Shown piece by piece: positions 1-8,127 of a stretch of 64,000 nucleotides of DNA. Position numbers and translations under genes: made by a program. The notes beneath the pieces are model-generated. The model was not told the DNA's origin and made no database searches. It saw only the letters and a list, made by a program, of their open reading frames with translations. The first letter of the stretch is position 1. Every line of letters begins with the position of its first letter. Origin of the DNA: Candidatus Woesearchaeota archaeon. Lineage in GTDB: Archaea; Nanobdellota; Nanobdellia; Woesearchaeales; SM23-78. The stretch spans positions 6,792 through 70,791 of the forward strand of contig JAHWIP010000003.1 in the NCBI GenBank assembly GCA_019322375.1, in the 5' to 3' direction.

Positions 1-25
1 GGATAGAGCTAAACAGGATAAGAAA

Positions 26-1891
26 TTGGATCTTATAAAAATATATGCCATAGGGGAGGACCTCCCTTTTTCATTCTCAGTCCCTGCGATAGATAGAAAA
101 CTTAAATTTGTAGAGTTCCCTTACACCAGCAAAGGGGTATTCGGAGTGTCTCTCTCGTTTCTATTTATCTTTGGCTTTTTCACTCTGATCTCGCTCATAA
201 TAAAGTTATCATCTTTTTTTATTTATTCATTTTTTTTCATAGGACTTATCCTGGTCCTTATCTCTTACATGTATCCTGTTCACATATTCTACACCCAGAG
301 AATGATGAGTTATAGAGAAGAGATGCTTAAATCAATTATGAGAATAGCAACCTTTATCTCAATGAACACCAGCATGGAATATGCAATTATTAATACAAGG
401 CGGCATTTGTGGGGCACTCTGAAAACCCAGTTCACAGATATAGTGAACAAACTCCAAAGAAGAGACTACAACACACTGGGTGATGCTTTTGAACACTACA
501 CTCCCATATGGAACGAGGTTAACCCTGATTTTGTAAAATCCCTTAGATTGATAGAGACCGCAGCCATGTCAAAAGAAGAGGACAGGATGAAAATCCTGGA
601 TGAAGTTCAGGAAACATTAATCATAAGCTATCACACAATGGGCAAGCGGTTTGCAGAAGACCTGTCATCAAAAGCAAAATCATTAGTAACCATAGGAGTT
701 CTTTTTCCTGTAATCTCTTTAATGCTTCTTCCATTAGTATCAGTGTTTCTTCCAGAAGTGGTCAGCACTCCCTTGGTAACCTTCTTCTATACTATCCTGT
801 TTCCTGTGTTGCTCTTGGTCATGGCTCTTAATTTTTCAGCTTTGAGAATACAAGTAGATACTATTCGTATATCAGACTCTCCCTTATACAAGAAACCTTC
901 TGCATGGCTGCTTCTTATAGGAGCAATAATAATCCTTGTTTTTTCAGCACCCACAATAGCCCACCTGCTAACAATTGACATGGCAATACCTGAGAGTGTT
1001 GAGAATGAATACAAATTTGTCTCAATAATTATTTGCCTGCTTTTAGGACTTGGAGTTGCCTTGGCAATTTTTGTTCTAAGCCAGATATATGTAAGGAAAT
1101 ATCATAAGCTATGGAAAGACGTGGATATGACCGAGAGAGACCTGCCTCATCTGTTACAATCCTTTTCAACCTATCTGACCCTGAACCGGTCTGTTGAGAG
1201 CATAATATCTGATATTGTTGATGATTACAAGATTCATGGGTTTTCAAAACACCCTGTTGTAAAATTTTTCTCAAATATTATTCTCCAGTTAAAAGTAAGC
1301 AAAAAGTCAGTTGCAAATCTTGCCAAGACTCTTTTACCCAAGATTTGCCCTTCAAGAAAAGTGAGCGGAACCCTGTCCCAGATAATCTCTTTCACAGACA
1401 TTTCCCAGGAGAGCGCTGCAAAAGCTGCCAAGATGATAAGAAAACAAACCATATCCATTTATCAGCTGGATGATTACATACAAACCATGCTGAGTGAGAC
1501 CATTTCCTTAATCAACATCACAGTATCCCTGCTTGCACCCATATTATGTGCAGCTGCTGTGCTAATGTCAATGGCAATTGTGAAGTCCCTGGTATTTGTA
1601 GAGAAAATACTCTCAGCCCTGGCCTTTGGAGCCAAGATAGATCTGGCCCTGGCAAAAGTGGAATTAATCATTCCCCCAACCATAATCGAAGTTGTAGTGG
1701 CAATCTACCTCTTGGAAATGATACTGGTGCTTTCCTTATTCTCATCAAACATAAAGTATGGTCATGACATGTTTCAATTTGTTAAAACCCTGCTCTCAAA
1801 CCTGATGGGCTTTCTTATCTTTGTGGTAATCCTGGTCCTGGGTTACTACTTTCTTGAAACCCTGGTGTTTGGCGAAATCTTTGCTACGTAG
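26..1891 (+). CDS. Polytopic membrane protein, FlaJ/TadC/PilC-like (T2SS-F-type) pilus platform protein. The frame is open to the window edge, so the true start may lie upstream
   Basis: 621-aa ORF with two soluble helical segments (about aa 95-210 and 375-480), each followed by clusters of long hydrophobic helices. This is the duplicated architecture of FlaJ/TadC/GspF proteins. It heads a run of pilin-like genes. No stop codon lies between position 2 and the listed TTG start. Call is by architecture only. Confidence 0.5.
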   Translation: MDLIKIYAIGEDLPFSFSVPAIDRKLKFVEFPYTSKGVFGVSLSFLFIFGFFTLISLIIKLSSFFIYSFFFIGLILVLISYMYPVHIFYTQRMMSYREEMLKSIMRIATFISMNTSMEYAIINTRRHLWGTLKTQFTDIVNKLQRRDYNTLGDAFEHYTPIWNEVNPDFVKSLRLIETAAMSKEEDRMKILDEVQETLIISYHTMGKRFAEDLSSKAKSLVTIGVLFPVISLMLLPLVSVFLPEVVSTPLVTFFYTILFPVLLLVMALNFSALRIQVDTIRISDSPLYKKPSAWLLLIGAIIILVFSAPTIAHLLTIDMAIPESVENEYKFVSIIICLLLGLGVALAIFVLSQIYVRKYHKLWKDVDMTERDLPHLLQSFSTYLTLNRSVESIISDIVDDYKIHGFSKHPVVKFFSNIILQLKVSKKSVANLAKTLLPKICPSRKVSGTLSQIISFTDISQESAAKAAKMIRKQTISIYQLDDYIQTMLSETISLINITVSLLAPILCAAAVLMSMAIVKSLVFVEKILSALAFGAKIDLALAKVELIIPPTIIEVVVAIYLLEMILVLSLFSSNIKYGHDMFQFVKTLLSNLMGFLIFVVILVLGYYFLETLVFGEIFAT

Positions 1892-1919
1892 CGATTAATG
1901 TGCATTTCTTCTGAGTTAG

Positions 1920-2100
1920 GGGTATCTATGTTGGAGCAAGGGTGGGTGAGGCCGATTCGCGAGGGCATCCCTTAGCTTAACAATCAGAGCGGAGTCGGGG
2001 GACGCCCCAGCCGGGGGAACGGAGCCCTAGGAAAAATAACTAGGCCCGAGCTGGCCCCACCCTTGCGAAGCAACGGCTTGGAGAAATCAGGGCTAATTAG
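1920..2100. ncRNA. G+C-rich structured element of unknown class in a convergent intergenic gap
   Basis: Visibly more G+C-rich than the flanks. An 11-bp perfect outer helix (gcaagggtggg 1936-1946 with cccacccttgc 2056-2066) encloses several short hairpins: agggcatccct, ggggacgcccc, ccgggggaacgg and cctaggaaaaataactagg. No coding potential seen. Confidence 0.35.
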
Positions 2101-2161
2101 CTAAAAATTTATTTTATCTATACAGAATAATAAACAAAATATTTTTCTTTGATAATTCCAT

Positions 2162-2782
2162 TCATATTGTTTTTACAAGGTAGTCTTGCATTATTGTTTC
2201 TCCAGTATTGCCAACTAAGAAATTTTTTGGTAATCCACATCCACCGCCTTTTGCAAACTCTCCAGAATTCGGGTCAAACTCAACCAGATAACAATAATTT
2301 CTTCCAATTACTGGCACCATGTAGTACCATGGCTCTGTTCCACCATTATTTTTTATACCGAATTTAAGGATTGGCTCCTTAATTTCTTCAACTTCTTTAT
2401 CTATATTATCCCTTCCTAGAAGAATCACATTTCCTTGCACAATATCTCCTGCTTTTATCTTTAAATCTTGAAGTCCTTCTTCAGTTAAACCAGTCTCAGT
2501 TTCTATAGGCAGTATATTCTGATTTATTGTTTCTTCAACTTCATTTTTAGAAAGAACAGTTCCTATCTCATACCTACCACCTTCTACACGATTTTTTCCA
2601 ACCACCAGGTAATACCTATCCTGTCCATTTACATCAATTTTAAATAACCAACCACTTAAATACGAATAAGGCCCTTGTGGTATCTGGGTACTTAAAAGAG
2701 AGGAACTTGAAAGAAGGTACAATCCAATGATAGCACAAATCACTATTTCAATTCCAATTATTATCTTATGTGAAGTCTTCAT
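2162..2782 (-). CDS. Hypothetical N-terminally anchored extracellular protein
   Basis: 206-aa ORF. N-terminus MKTSHKIIIGIEIVICAIIGLYLLSS is a signal-anchor-type helix. No recognised domain. Confidence 0.5.
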   Translation of the reverse strand: MKTSHKIIIGIEIVICAIIGLYLLSSSSLLSTQIPQGPYSYLSGWLFKIDVNGQDRYYLVVGKNRVEGGRYEIGTVLSKNEVEETINQNILPIETETGLTEEGLQDLKIKAGDIVQGNVILLGRDNIDKEVEEIKEPILKFGIKNNGGTEPWYYMVPVIGRNYCYLVEFDPNSGEFAKGGGCGLPKNFLVGNTGETIMQDYLVKTI

Positions 2783-2922
2783 ATCTATTCTAATTTTACT
2801 GTTATCTCTATAAAAAACTTTTGTTTAAATTAGAATTATCCTGTGAACCAGCTTTGACTGGATTTATTTCTCAAGCCTCCTAAGCACAAAAGTTATAAAG
2901 GATAAAGCCAGAAATCTAGTGT

Positions 2923-3018
2923 ATGAATCGTACTTTGATTGAGATTATTGGCCTGGTGATAGCTGTGATTGCTATTGGCTTTGCTATTTACAAGGTTATC
3001 CAGGTGCTGGGTGGTTGA
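2923..3018 (+). CDS. 31-aa helix-only micro-protein (pilin-like N-terminal helix with no globular domain)
   Basis: ATG 2923 to TGA 3016-3018 gives MNRTLIEIIGLVIAVIAIGFAIYKVIQVLGG. The stop abuts the ATG of the next gene (tgaATG at 3016-3021). Below the ORF-track size cutoff. Confidence 0.4.
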   Translation: MNRTLIEIIGLVIAVIAIGFAIYKVIQVLGG

Positions 3019-3441
3019 ATGGAAACTGTTGAAATCATTGTGTTCATAGTATTTGCTTTTATGGTTGGCTTTTTAATACTGGGTGTTGTTACTGGCTGGG
3101 ATTTTGGAAAGTATAATGAGGGCTTGAAAAAAGTCTTTTCAGGTGGAGAAGGCGGGGATTTTAAGAAAACCAGTAAAGAAGAATTTGCAGCAGAGGTTTA
3201 TTCTTTTTTTCAGGAATGCAAGGATAAAGGAACCAATATATCCACTTCGTTTTATTTAAAAGAAGAAGGCTCTTTTTCAAAGCAGGAATTATTCCAGGTG
3301 TACAAGGGTTTTGGCTGGTGCAAGTCAATCCAGTCCTTGGAGAATGAGTGCGGCCAGAGAGAGGATGTGACTATGCAGGACCTCCAGCTGCCCAGAGTTG
3401 TGCGTCTGGAATGCAGAGACGAGCACTTAACCATATCTTAG
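3019..3441 (+). CDS. Small N-terminally anchored (pseudopilin-like) protein, paralog family member 1
   Basis: The hydrophobic helix starts right after Met (METVEIIVFIVFAFMVGFLILGVV). Four Cys. C-terminus RLECRDEHLTIS. Similar size and layout to 3481 and 3902. Confidence 0.6.
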   Translation: METVEIIVFIVFAFMVGFLILGVVTGWDFGKYNEGLKKVFSGGEGGDFKKTSKEEFAAEVYSFFQECKDKGTNISTSFYLKEEGSFSKQELFQVYKGFGWCKSIQSLENECGQREDVTMQDLQLPRVVRLECRDEHLTIS

Positions 3442-3480
3442 TCCATATTGGAATGAAATGTAGAGAGGAATTAAGATAAA

Positions 3481-3891
3481 ATGCAGGTAGCAGAAATTAT
3501 GATTTATGTGATAGTAGCCATTCTTGTCGGCTCTTTAATACTCCTGGCTATGAGGATTGATTATTCAAAGCAGCATTCTGGTTATCAAGAAGCTTTTGCT
3601 AATGAAGAAAAGCCTGTTTTTAAAGTAGAGTCAAAGGATTTTCCTTTGGAAGTTGCTAAGAGATGGGAGGAGTGCGGCTTGGGCACCATGAACAAGTCTT
3701 CTTCTGTTTATGTTCATGATGATGCTCTTATTAATGAGAGTTTTGTGATTACAGAACTAAAAAGGCTTGATAAATGCGATATTATTGATTGTTATAATAC
3801 AGAAAACAGATTTATACTCACAAACTTTCCTATAACCACACCAAAAATTATAAATATCCGTTGTTTTAATAATACTTTAATAATAGGATAG
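3481..3891 (+). CDS. Small N-terminally anchored (pseudopilin-like) protein, paralog family member 2
   Basis: MQVAEIMIYVIVAILVGSLILLAM helix. Motif EVAKRWEECG parallels EVYSFFQECK in 3019. Ends INIRCFNNTLIIG. Confidence 0.6.
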   Translation: MQVAEIMIYVIVAILVGSLILLAMRIDYSKQHSGYQEAFANEEKPVFKVESKDFPLEVAKRWEECGLGTMNKSSSVYVHDDALINESFVITELKRLDKCDIIDCYNTENRFILTNFPITTPKIINIRCFNNTLIIG

Positions 3892-3901
3892 GAACTTTCA
3901 A

Positions 3902-4327
3902 ATGGAACTACCAATAAGAATAATGATAATATTGTTTGTTGCAATTGTTGTAGGTGTGATGATAATAGCTTTTTCAAGAAATATCCTGGAAAGGTCCAAG
4001 GAAAAATTGGACAATCCTCCTGGCTTGGATTTATCAGATGCTGAGGAGCAAAAGATTGTTGAATTAAACAATCTGGATAATTCGCAGTTAATAGAGATGG
4101 TAAGGGCTTGTTATGAGATGCATCATGCAAAGACTTTTAACAGAGAGCTCTGCTTTGTGGTGATAGCCAGCACTTCTTCATGGACCCAGGGTGGTGTGCA
4201 AGGCTATTTTCAGCAGCCAGACAACCTGATTAGTGCCAGTATTGAGTTTGTAGGAAACCCGGATTATGCATTAAAAATATACTATGAAGCCTCTCCTGAT
4301 ATTGAGCAAATCGAGATTTCAAGATAA
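3902..4327 (+). CDS. Small N-terminally anchored (pseudopilin-like) protein, paralog family member 3
   Basis: MELPIRIMIILFVAIVVGVMIIAF helix. 141 aa, same size class as its neighbours. Confidence 0.55.
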   Translation: MELPIRIMIILFVAIVVGVMIIAFSRNILERSKEKLDNPPGLDLSDAEEQKIVELNNLDNSQLIEMVRACYEMHHAKTFNRELCFVVIASTSSWTQGGVQGYFQQPDNLISASIEFVGNPDYALKIYYEASPDIEQIEISR

Positions 4328-4440
4328 ATAATAGATAAAAATATATAAAAAACAGATAAAAATAACAAACTATATTAATAAGGATTATAATAAACTAATA
4401 ATATATAAGAATAATACATAATAAAAGAAGAGGTGATAAA

Positions 4441-5037
4441 ATGACATTAAAGGTTTCTAGAGGAAAAAAAGGCACAGACAAGCCAATTGAAATCTTTATT
4501 GCTTTATTCGTAATACTGGCAGTGGCAATGGTGCTGTTAAAGATGTTCTCCAGCCAGATAGAGTCTAAGAAGAGAGAAATGGAGGAACAACAGCTACAAG
4601 AGGCTGCAAGAGCAGCCATGGAAGACCTTAACACGTTCTGTGATTCTCAGTGCACGCATGCACACCGTTCATTAAAGGACAAAGTAACTTTTTGCACAAG
4701 CTACTATCGAGAGCACGTTGATATAAATAAAAACAATGTTGTTGATTACACAATGGCATTGGATAATATATACGGCTATTGCGAGGATAGGATTTACTGC
4801 GCTGTTTACAGGCCCTGCAGCAATCTTAACATGGAAAATTGCATTGAAATTCTATGTGATTATTTGGGTGTCAATGCTAATTTAAGAGTCTTTGACATAC
4901 AATACGGCCTTATACTGCCAGGAGATTGTTATGACGCAATAAGAACCTCTGCTGACCAGGATGACATTTTTAAAAAGGCAAATCACTGGTATACAAGCTT
5001 GCTGTCTTCATTTGGCGATCCACCAACCTGCCCTTAA
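4441..5037 (+). CDS. Pilin-like Cys-rich secreted protein
   Basis: GAGGTGA motif lies just upstream of the ATG. Leader MTLKVSRGKKGTDKP is followed by IEIFIALFVILAVAMVLL. Ten Cys in the ectodomain (hand count). Confidence 0.6.
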   Translation: MTLKVSRGKKGTDKPIEIFIALFVILAVAMVLLKMFSSQIESKKREMEEQQLQEAARAAMEDLNTFCDSQCTHAHRSLKDKVTFCTSYYREHVDINKNNVVDYTMALDNIYGYCEDRIYCAVYRPCSNLNMENCIEILCDYLGVNANLRVFDIQYGLILPGDCYDAIRTSADQDDIFKKANHWYTSLLSSFGDPPTCP

Positions 5038-5086
5038 TCATTATAATAAAGCAAGAAAAAAGCTATCTGTAGGAGCATGACTCAAG

Positions 5087-5515
5087 ATGGACCAGGCAGT
5101 TTGGGCAGTTTTTGGTATTATAGCAGTTCTTATTGGAATCGGGATTTTATTAAATGTGCTTGGAGAGAACAAGGATGAATCAAAGTATATTCTTTTTAAA
5201 CAATCCTTAGACTCACTAAAGAACCAGTGCGATTTTGTGTGCAACTCGCCTGCAGAAACTTATTTATCAATAATGGTTGAGCTGCCTTCTGGCATGCGCC
5301 TCTACACAGACCAGAACAGGATTTGCGCTCATCTGAATATTTATAAAAAATAATCTGATGAAACCAAGTGCGTGTTATGCAGTTGCCAGGTTGTAGTAAA
5401 AAACAATGAACTCAATCTCCAAACCCCGGCTGCTCTGAAAGCTTTTTCTTCTCATAAATATTCTTGCTTTTTTGAAAGAAAAGAAAATGAGATTGAAATC
5501 GAATGTAAGGGCTGA
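5087..5515 (+). pseudogene. Pilin-like paralog interrupted by an in-frame TAA at 5351-5353 (pseudogene, readthrough or sequence error)
   Basis: The track ORF 5087-5353 (88 aa) is shorter than its 136-141-aa paralogs. The same frame continues after TAA for 53 more codons (SDETKCVLCSCQVVVKNNELNLQTPAALKAFSSHKYSCFFERKENEIEIECKG) to TGA 5513-5515. That restores a 142-residue product whose C-terminus resembles the paralog ending RLECRDE. Confidence 0.5.
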
Positions 5516-6119
5516 TATCCTTGCTAATACTGTTTTATGGTTTGGAATCCTTATAGCAGCCATGATTTGCATGGCATGGCTAGTCAAGAATCTTCGCTCG
5601 CCTTATCTTCCAACAAAAGAACTGGATAATGAGCTTGACCAGTTGCAGCTGGATTTAAACAAGGCCTGCACAATGGATTATTTTTGGAAAAGATACTATC
5701 CCAAGGTTAACAAGGGCAAGCTGATATTCAATGACTTCCAGGTGTGCATGAATGCAGGAGAATGCAAAGTGCTTTTTTTTAAGCCAACCATGCCCAATGC
5801 ATCAGGGCACTTACTTGAAGGAAAAGATATCCTTCTGCCCAATGCAACAGAATGCGAGAATATTGAGCTTTGCCAAGCACTTTTTTTTACATCAGACAAT
5901 GAACCCCCTCTTATTGATTATATTGATGATGCTCAGGGCAGCAGGATAAGGATTAATAATGCTAATGTTTGTGAGCTTAAACCAAAACCAATAACAAGAT
6001 GCAGGCTGCTTACATGTTCATTAAATATAACAGAACATTTTTCCCTGGATAAAATTGTTTACCTTAACATAACAAGAGATAAAAGTGGTGTTTTCAGTGT
6101 TCAGCCAAAAGAATCCTAA
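5487..6119 (+). CDS. Pilin-like Cys-containing secreted protein
   Basis: The track starts at TTG 5472. ATG 5487 gives MRLKSNVRADILANTVLWFGILIAAMICMAWL, a basic leader plus a hydrophobic helix. Confidence 0.55.
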   Translation: MRLKSNVRADILANTVLWFGILIAAMICMAWLVKNLRSPYLPTKELDNELDQLQLDLNKACTMDYFWKRYYPKVNKGKLIFNDFQVCMNAGECKVLFFKPTMPNASGHLLEGKDILLPNATECENIELCQALFFTSDNEPPLIDYIDDAQGSRIRINNANVCELKPKPITRCRLLTCSLNITEHFSLDKIVYLNITRDKSGVFSVQPKES

Positions 6120-6147
6120 GCAGAATAAGTCTGGAAAGAAAAAGCCT

Positions 6148-6597
6148 ATGCAAAAAAAATCCAGGCAAAACAAGGGCATATATTCCTTAGCCACTTCCTT
6201 CTTATTTATTATCATATTAATATTTGTGGTCATAGCTGTGGTTTTCTTTTTTAACCTGTTAAAAGCCAAGAGAATGCAGGCAAGTGATGAGCTAGTAAAA
6301 TATGTGCATATAAGGGATGCTAAGAACAAGATTCTTTCATCTGAGTGCTATACGCATATTATAGAAGAAGCAGATGCTGAGCAGGAGTGCTTTCTGCCTG
6401 AAGGCTTTATCAAGGGATATGTTATTGAGATGCTGGTTTATCCTAACTGCACAACCCAGCACAAGACATGGGAGCATATGCTTGTTGAAGATGAAGCAGG
6501 GGCTGGTGAAGAAGGAGAAATTTATCCTTACTTTGTGCCTGTTCAAGCCAATACCACAGGCAATATTTGCCCTGGAAAACTAAAGGTGATATATTAA
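6148..6597 (+). CDS. Pilin-like secreted protein
   Basis: Internal ATG 6148 gives MQKKSRQNKG-IYSLATSFLFIIILIFVVIAVVFFF. The track start 6085 overlaps the previous gene. Confidence 0.5.
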   Translation: MQKKSRQNKGIYSLATSFLFIIILIFVVIAVVFFFNLLKAKRMQASDELVKYVHIRDAKNKILSSECYTHIIEEADAEQECFLPEGFIKGYVIEMLVYPNCTTQHKTWEHMLVEDEAGAGEEGEIYPYFVPVQANTTGNICPGKLKVIY

Positions 6598-6628
6598 AAG
6601 ACAGTATATTAAAAGGTGGTTCACTAAA

Positions 6629-8074
6629 ATGGGAGTTGTTGACAATATAATGGGAGCGGTTCTTGTTGTCCTTATACTATTGATTGCTGGCATTATTTAT
6701 CTGTCCCTTTTTGCACGCGAAGCATCACAGGATATTAGTGTGACCAGCACTGCTTTTTTTAATGGTATAAACACAAATAATTTTAACACTGTTCTTAAAA
6801 TAACAGAGGAGAATTCCCAAAAATCTTTGGGTGTTTTAATTTCAGAAATAACTTATTACAGGTCTTTGCCTGCGCAGTCAGATGACGGACCTAATGTAAC
6901 AGGGACTTTAAAGGATTTGCTGGATACTGCTTTTTCCACTAATGATTATTATTTCAAAGCAGAACCAGAACTAACACAGATTAGTCTGAACTTTGTTTTT
7001 GACGGCACACCCAGCTCTATGCTTAAGAGAAATGTATTAGCAAACAATCTGGTGAATATAATAGACTTTACCCAGGAAAAAATGGATAATAAAAGCAGAA
7101 GCGAGGGGCGTATTCCAAAAAACTCGGTTACAGCAGATGTATACATCATGGGTCCAAGAGGTGACAAATGCAATATCTTTGATGATTTAAACAGGGTTGA
7201 TATAAACTGCCATGGCATTCGCAGCAATGAGATATATTTAAGCGAGGACATGATGCAAGGACTTTTTGTGCCTGGTTTTCTGCTTGACTATGAAATGTAT
7301 CCTCCTTTTGGTTTTGAATGGATTGAGGAGGATGCTAACAGAGAAGACTCATACGTGGCTAATGAAGAAGATTATTATCAAGCTGACTGGGGTTTTGGAA
7401 CAGCTTATGTATCGCATAAACTAAGCAGTGCAGCTTATAGGAATCGTTTAAACCTTATTTTTCCTGTGAGTGATGAACTATCCACCAGCTCTATACCTGA
7501 TGATTGTTTTTACAAGACATTTATTCCTGACTGGGTTGTGTGCGCTCTTTGCGAGGATGAATGCCCTGTTGAAAGAGCTAACATATCCATTAGCAAGGCA
7601 ATAGAAGTGGCAACAGATTATAATCATGTGCTCATACCTGTTTATGGTTATGGAGGTGATTATGAAATAACCCATCCCCAGATTTATGATTGGAATGGCC
7701 TTGCAGGCACTTCAAGATATGTTGATGGTTTTGGAAGCCCTGGAAATACCTGGTGTGATGCTTCTGGGTGTGGTGGTTGTTCAGAACAACAAGGAGGCAT
7801 ATGCTTTCATCCTGATTGTGCAAGCATTCTGCAGGAGCACATGAACAGAATGGCTGATGAAACCAATGGAATATTCATTGACCTGACTGCTAGCCAGCAG
7901 GAATTTGCAGACACCATCTTTTCAACAATAAGCAATATCATGGACCAGTTCACAATAGAGATTGGGGTGAAAAATGAGAGCAGGGAAAGGGATGTGGTGG
8001 AAGTGAAACAGCCCCTGCCAGATGGAAATTCTCTTCCCTTGAAGTTATGGGTGTATAAGAATCAAAACATTTAA
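6629..8074 (+). CDS. N-terminally anchored large ectoprotein with a possible vWA-like (MIDAS-like) core
   Basis: MGVVDNIMGAVLVVLILLIAGIIYLSLF helix. A beta-strand-then-DxTxSSM pattern (ISLNFVFDGTPSSM) and later hydrophobic strand motifs (LIFPVSDE, VLIPVYGYGGD) resemble a vWA fold. Weak, by eye. Confidence 0.55.
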   Translation: MGVVDNIMGAVLVVLILLIAGIIYLSLFAREASQDISVTSTAFFNGINTNNFNTVLKITEENSQKSLGVLISEITYYRSLPAQSDDGPNVTGTLKDLLDTAFSTNDYYFKAEPELTQISLNFVFDGTPSSMLKRNVLANNLVNIIDFTQEKMDNKSRSEGRIPKNSVTADVYIMGPRGDKCNIFDDLNRVDINCHGIRSNEIYLSEDMMQGLFVPGFLLDYEMYPPFGFEWIEEDANREDSYVANEEDYYQADWGFGTAYVSHKLSSAAYRNRLNLIFPVSDELSTSSIPDDCFYKTFIPDWVVCALCEDECPVERANISISKAIEVATDYNHVLIPVYGYGGDYEITHPQIYDWNGLAGTSRYVDGFGSPGNTWCDASGCGGCSEQQGGICFHPDCASILQEHMNRMADETNGIFIDLTASQQEFADTIFSTISNIMDQFTIEIGVKNESRERDVVEVKQPLPDGNSLPLKLWVYKNQNI

Positions 8075-8127
8075 ATCAGAATAAATTAAATATATAGAAA
8101 GAAATAATATATAACGAGGTTGGTACT

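Noticed and set aside
1920-2100. Assignment of the G+C-rich element as SRP (7S) RNA
   Set aside because: CAGCCGGGGGAACGGAGC superficially resembles the helix-8 apex (CAGG.CCGGAAGG.AGCA). However, the loop is not a clean GNRA tetraloop, the flanking strands do not pair as helix 8 requires, and the element is short for an archaeal SRP RNA. It is kept only as an unclassified ncRNA candidate.
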